Below are positions 57,516-64,000 of a DNA stretch of 64,000 nucleotides, one piece after another. The stretch is from Malacoraja senta (taxonomy: Eukaryota). A program made the translations under genes and the position numbers. The notes below the pieces were generated by a model, which made no database searches, was not told where the DNA came from, and saw only the letters and a list, made by a program, of their open reading frames with translations. The stretch is taken from the NCBI GenBank assembly GCA_038087875.1, contig CM075988.1, forward strand, positions 4,216,001 to 4,280,000, given 5' to 3'. Position 1 is the stretch's first letter, and the number at the start of each line of letters is the position of its first letter.

Positions 57516-60500
57516 ACTTTGGAGTCACGTGAGTGACTACGTGAAGAAGGCCGTCAGCCCGCATGCGCGTCATTACGTCTAGCGCATTGCGCAACGCGCT
57601 GACTGGCAGGCGCGCTGCTCCTACCAGCGGTAAGATTAAACCTGCAGGTAAGTTGTAAACTTCCCAGGTTATGTTTTTTATTACAGGAATCTCTTCTCAC
57701 AGAGTTTTCCTGCTGGATTTCGGGGCAATGTCGGGACGGGCCGCGGGGAAACCTTTATGGACCGCGGGGTAATCCCAGTCATGGACCGTGGGGAATCCCG
57801 GTCATGACCGCGGTGAATCCCGGCCACGGACCGCGGGGAACCAGCTACGGAGACCGCGGAAGTGCGGGCAGCGGGCGGCGGTCAAAATTCGCCTTCCGAG
57901 TCGCTGCCGGTGGAGCCAGCTGCCGGTAGCACCTTGGCAAACCCGCTTGGAGGGTAAAGCCACTAAATGATATCTCCCTCTCTGAGGAGGGGAGAGTAGG
58001 GAAGAGGCCCGTTGACTCAAACGAGTCGGGCCAGGAGGATTCCTGATGGAGAGGATCCCCTCCTTCAATGGGTAGCGTCTTCGGACGGCTAACCCACATG
58101 GAGCACCTGATGGAGAGGTGCTCCACAATGGTATCCTCCAAGGAGGGAGTTATATCACCACGGGTGTCCTCGGGGCCCGCGGCAGCGGCAGCCGCACCCG
58201 TTTACAGGGCTGCACTGTGTCTCCCTCTCTGAGGAGGGGAGCAGTCAGGGTCAGTTCTGTGTGACTCGGAGTTCGGTACCACGAGGCACGAAGGGTATGG
58301 TCGGTGGAGGGGCCATATCAGCGCAGGTCTCCTCGGGGGCCTGCGGCAGCACCTGTTTCAGGGCTGCTTACTATCGCCCTCGCTATGGAGAGGAGTGCGA
58401 GGGGTCAGTGTGTAACTAACTCCAAACTGGGAAATATGTCCGTGGAACATACTGGAGTACGTGTGTGAGGTACAGAAATATCTGTCATGACATCCAGGTT
58501 TGCAACACCCTCGCAAGAGAAGGAGAGCTGCAGGAAGAGTGGTTCCAACCATTGGCAGCAACACCTCACGTCACGTCATAACAGGAACAGGTGACGGCTG
58601 TGATATACCATGCACCTGTAAATTGTTCCTGAAAATGCTGGCAGTGAACAGCGCTATCAGGGGTGAATTTGGAGGGGCATGGAACCCCAGGAAACCAGCC
58701 GCCGAATCTTCTCTTCATGTAAGCCTATTCAACAGGTGGACCTGCATGAGGGAGCTAAAGCTGTTGAACTACGAGACAGTCATCGTTTCGGCAACAACAC
58801 ACCTCACGCCTCCATCGGCAGTAAGCAGTTCACTGAAGCTGGTGGCAGCCAGCAAGCTGGGCAGAGGTCTTTAGGCCTCAGGAAAAAAATGCAATCCACG
58901 TACCCTACCAGTCCTACTCTCCAATCAAGGACGGAAATAGAACCCGCATCAGGGGCCTTTGGGGTTTCCAAAATACCTTACATGAAGGTAGGTGGGTCTG
59001 GTTCTTTCCGAAACATGGGGTATGTGGACCATTTACAAGTTGGTAATATTTACGCTTATTTTTGTACAAATGACAAGTGAACATGTGATTAGTTTATACT
59101 GCACAGTATACAAGGATTCCAAGCAGGCTTGGAATTGTGGCCAGAGTTGTCTTTTGAAGCAGCCTCAGGATTATGGCCAGGTTTGCCTTTTGAGACAGGC
59201 TCGGAAATATGACCAGAGTGTTTTTCTAGGCAGGCTCGTAACTATGGCAGGCATGGCCTGATCATTGTGTAAGATGCAGGATATCCGTTCATCATTGATT
59301 GACTCACATGTGCGGTATAAACATTTCAGCATAGCAAACTTTGTTACTGTCTAACAACTGATTTCCATAGGATCTTTCTGGCATGCATTGATCTCAAAGA
59401 TATCACCGGAGATATTTGAAATTTAGCAGGATGGGGCAATGATAACAGTTAAAACATTGCAAAATATGCTAACCAGTTCCCAGGCTATTTACCAAATTAC
59501 TAAAACCGGTGCTTGGGCTGCTTAGAGCTCAAAAAACACTTGTTATGGCCTTTCTACATGATATTCTAAATGCTGTATTTTGCTAAAATTAAACTGTTTC
59601 GACCGCACACTATATTTGAGAAATAGGGGTTTCTCATCCATCCAGTTAAGTTTGATACCAACTAGAGTTATTGATTATTGGGATTATCTTTAACTCTATT
59701 AATTTACTGTGACTCCGCCCTGCGGCAAGAGATTGGAATTAATAATAGCCTGTAACAACCTTGTTGTTATGAAGCAGCCTCTATTCATCAAGTGTAATTG
59801 GCAATATAGTGGCTGTGTTTCCAGCTGTGCATTTGGACCTTTGCATTATCAGAACTTACAACGTGCAAAGGAGTAACTTCTTCAGTGCCATATAGGTCAT
59901 TATTAACAGACCTATGCTATTACCAGCTGAAGCTATCAAAGTCACAGTGGTGGACAAACAGTATTCAACATTGCTCAGTAACTCTTCAGTTATATTACAA
60001 ACTGATGCTAGTACTCAAAGATGAAAAATTACGAATACCATCTCTAGTTACGCAGGCGGATGGGCTTTGCATGAATTACCATTTTTCAGTTATATGGTAT
60101 CAACTACCTATAAGACACTAGGTGTATTCTATGGGTTAAAAGTTTATTGTGCGAATCTGCATAATCTGCATGCTCAACTCCGAGTTGATACACTATGGTG
60201 GTGGCATATGTTAATCACAAAGGTGCAGTCAAGCTAAATATCCTGTGATAATTTACCTAACCTCATTTGCCACTGGTATATCATCACGTAAAATCTTTGA
60301 CAACACAGAATGGATGTTGTATCACAAAGTATTTAATGACATTGTGGTTCGATGGAACACCGAATATCAAAATGTTTACATCCAGGCTCAATCACCATTG
60401 TAAAAATATGTGGCACAGTGGCAATAGATGTATTCTCGCTACACTGAGGAGGAATGTTCTTTATGTCTTTCCTCCATTTTGCCTCATCAGTCGGGTCTTG

Positions 60501-62176
60501 CACAAAATCCAGCAAGATCTCGCCTCAGGCATTTCGTACTGCCTGACTGGCCTATTCAGCCTTGGTTCCCGCTAAATGTTGGGAATAATATAGGACCGTA
60601 TATGGATATCCTAAACACTAAAATTTGGTGGTTCAACCCCATGACTCGGTAAACCATCCTCTGCATGATAAAATCAATGTATAGACTTGCAGACTCTGAG
60701 AGACTGTTCCAGCGGCTCGGGTTGCAGACTGATCTATGTACGTGCTCACTGCAGAGTGCAGGGATAGCACTGAAAAAGCAGCACATTTTTCCTCATCAGG
60801 AGATGGGAAGTGTTTTGTTTTAATGCCAATGTTACATATAATACGGCACGGATAACTAACGTCTCGGAGTTCATTTTCAGATGGGTCTTTGACAATTAAT
60901 TAAGTTACAGTACCATTACTGTGCCAACGTGCTTTCTCATCATTGTTGCTGCAGCAATCAGGACCCACTCTGTCGGGTCTCATCCTCTCATATCCAGATT
61001 TCTAAAGGATATCTTTAATGCAAATTCTCCCAGGCCCAGGTACTCGGAGATATGGGATGTTAGTAATTGTTCTAAAACTGCTTCGTCAGTAGGGCCCAGC
61101 TACATCTCTAATCCTGGTCAAACCCACTTTCAAAGTGGTTATGCTTATGGCGCCAGTCTCAGCGCTACGGGTCCAGCCACTACTTAAATTGTGACTGGAC
61201 AGGATGGTTACATCTGCTAATAATATAATATTTTATTTTTATGATATAGTTAAGCAGAGCAGACCAGGGGTGTCAGGTCCTAAACAATTTTTCATGGCTT
61301 ACCCCATGGACCTTTGGTTGTCTGTGGTCACACATTTACAACAATACGTCAAGGTCACCTAGAGCCTTAGAGACTCTGCACTAGCAATGTTTGTTAGTTA
61401 CTAAAAACCTCATGAATTTATCAATCCAGAACATCTCCAGGTGGTCAAACGGGTTTTGGCTTATGCAGCAGTAGATACTAATATTTTCTATCTCACTACA
61501 CTAGGGCTGCTACAATATTAGCAGCAAGGATTATGTACGTTCCTCTGGACCACATCCTAGCGGCTGCAGGATGGTCAAACAAACGAACTTTCCAACATTT
61601 TATAATAACCCATTGCCAGACCGTTTTTTTTTTGCCAAATTCCATTTATGTTTTGTTTCATAGTTTCCCCCAGGATGGTAGGGGTCACTATTATTTTCTT
61701 TTAATGATTAAAGCATCAGCATTTCTTAACAAACTATGTCATGGCTGAATGCATTAATCTTTTTCACTCATCCATGGTCAATTGATGCAGTGTGTGATGC
61801 CTGGACTCGTATCTGGCATGAAATCACAGAGCTTTAAAGTCTTCACGTAGTCACTCACGTGACTCCGAAGTAAAATAGTAAGATTAAACAAGAACTTACC
61901 AGTTTGAAGATTGATCTTTATTTTATGAGGAGTTACGATGAGCGATTACGTGCCCACCGCTCCCAACCCTCATATTATAAAGGTCATCTGGTAGTTCTAG
62001 TTCTCTCCAATCTTATTATGTTCAGGTCAACTACTGTTAACTGTGATTTCACACCGCTGCTTTGAAGATTGTCGCGCATGCGGGCTGAAGGCCTTCTTCA
62101 CGTAATCGCTCATCGTAACTTCTCATAAAATAAAGATCAAATTTCAAACTGGTAAGTTCTCGTTTAATCTTACTAT
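57516..62176 (+). mobile_element. DIRS1-type retrotransposon copy 4, full length, decayed
   Basis: Left ITR, ICR about 61840-61952, right ITR/extension about 62070-62176; RT (MAFLHDIL), RH (VAYVNHKG), MT (LYVFPPFCLISRVLHKI, PDWPIQPWFP), YR (HYTRAA, ILAAAGWS) remnants. Confidence 0.92.
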
Positions 62177-63317
62177 CATAAAGCAATGATTAATTATATG
62201 ATGTAGACCAGTGATTTAATTGCGATTCCTACAGCTCAGGGAACATTATCCAGCTGGTAATGTGCAGAATACGCAACTCAGCAGTCGATGATCGACTGAT
62301 AAACACTGGACCTTCATTAAATGTGTATTCAAGGAATAAAGCAAGAAATGTTGGAAACACACAGCAAATAAGACGCCTCAATGGAAATAGAAACCGATTT
62401 TCATGTTCAAAAGCCATTGTCGGATCTGGGAAAGAGAGCAATCATATTATTGGTTGGAAGGAACTGCAGACAAAGTTCTCCTGATGCTTAGCTTCCACCC
62501 CACCAACCTCCAGAGGTTGGGCAGGTCGGTGACGCAGCGGTAGAGTTGCGTCCCTATAGCACTTACAGTGCCAGAGACCCAGGTTTGATCCCAATTACAG
62601 GTGCTGCCTGTGCGGAGTTTGTACGTTCTCTCGGTGACCGCGTGGGGATTTTCCGAGATCTTTGGTTTCCTCCCACACACCAAAGATGTACAGGTTTGTA
62701 GCTAAATTGGCTTGGTATAAGTGTAAATTGTCCATGGTGTGTGTAGGATAGTGTTAATGTGCGGGGATCGCTGGTCGATGTGGACTCGGTGGGCCAAATG
62801 ACGTGTTTCTGCACAGTATCTCTAAACTAAAGTAAATTAAAAGATCATCAATGCAATTAGCGCCAACTCCAACAAGACTCCACCACCAGCCACGTGACCA
62901 CCTCCCTCTCCTTATAAGCGCATCAAAGGGATCAATCCTTTTGTGACACCCTGATCCACTCTACTATTCCCACCAACAACCCTCAGCGCACTTTCTCATA
63001 ATCTTCTCTTAGGAGGGAATTTATGCTCTATTCTTAGCCAGCATCTGGCTTTATTCCGATAGGCACAGACACAAAATAAAACAGCTCGTAGATCAGTGTC
63101 AGGTCCATCGAACAAATCGGTCTATTGAAGGTCTTAACAGTGCGCATTGTCAGACACTCTGAGAGAACCCAAAGTGTTTCAAAGATTCACAGTGCCTACA
63201 GCATTTTATATTCTCATGACACAATGGTTACTTGTGGATTTGAAATGAATCATCATCGATCAATGTCTCTGTAACCTTTCATCTTTGTCTTTCCCTGGAG
63301 TTATCTTTAACCTTATG

Positions 63318-64000
63318 TTTTACTTCGGAGTCACGTGAGTGACTATGTGAAGACCCCGCCAGCCCGCATGCGCATCATATCATCTAATGCATTGCGCAAC
63401 GTCCACTAGCTGCTCCACTAGCGGTCAAACCTGAAGGTAAGTTGTAACTTTTTCCAGGTCTGTTTTCTCCTTGCAGGAAGCTCTTTACAGAGTTCCAGCT
63501 GGAGACATTCCGGGGTCAAAATCCCGGCTTCACCCGGCTCCCTTCTACAGGGACCATGGGGGGGGGGGGGGGGGGATCCCAGCTGCGAAAACTGCGGGGA
63601 TCTGGCTCGGGGGAAGCCCGACCACAGACATCGCGGGGAAGCCCTTCTACAGGGACCGCAGAGGGAATCCCGGCTGCGAAAACCGCGGGGAAAATCCGAC
63701 ATGGACTTCGCGGCGAATCCCTTCTACAGGGACCACGGAGAACCCGCTACGGAGACCGCAGAATGCGGGTAGCGGGTGGCGGTCGAATTCGCCTTTTCGG
63801 GTCGCTGGTGGTGGAGCCAGCGGCTTCAGACTGGTGCCGGTAACACCCAGGCAACCCCGCTTGGAGGGTCAGCGACTTCGACTTGGGCAGCCCAAAGGTA
63901 GGCAACCAAACAAAGTGGGAGAGGCCCGGGCTGGACGAGCCTGGCCAGGACGGTTCCCCTCCGACATTCTAGGGTACGTCCTCAGACGTCTTACCCAGCC
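63318..64000 (+). mobile_element. DIRS1-type retrotransposon copy 5, 5' part (runs off the window)
   Basis: ttttacttcggagtcacgtgagtgactatgtgaaga start; 5' region similar to copy 4. Confidence 0.9.

Noticed and set aside
59123..59251. CRISPR-like 36-bp periodicity
   Set aside because: Contiguous tandem units with no unique spacers, eukaryotic context, no cas genes
63188..63225. cacagtg heptamers as V(D)J recombination signals
   Set aside because: No nonamer at 12/23 spacing and no Ig/TCR segments

Overview
Eukaryotic, almost entirely repeat-derived DNA. I recognise no intact host gene, rRNA, true tRNA or CRISPR array. The repeat repertoire (HE1-like tRNA SINEs, HER1/CR1, Rex-Babar, RTE and L1 LINEs, Penelope ends) points to a cartilaginous fish, probably a skate or ray (inference). 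The dominant structure is a cluster of five DIRS1-type tyrosine-recombinase retrotransposons in the last 41 kb. Their termini and internal complementary regions (ICR) are almost mutation-free while gag/RT/RNaseH/MT/YR are shattered, and two diverged copies share the same stop at the RT YLDD tyrosine. This suggests a full-length, coding-dead lineage still mobilised in trans. Other notable items are: many Penelope-derived mini-elements carrying minimal hammerhead ribozyme motifs, several inserted as self-contained hairpins with their own TSDs; a 3.4 kb non-autonomous hAT element packed with fold-backs and a captured coding fragment; a full-length L1 whose insertion apparently deleted about 2.7 kb of a DIRS; a solo LTR; a Harbinger MITE; and multi-level nesting. 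Family names come from motif recognition by eye, not database searches. Boundaries of old fragments are approximate.
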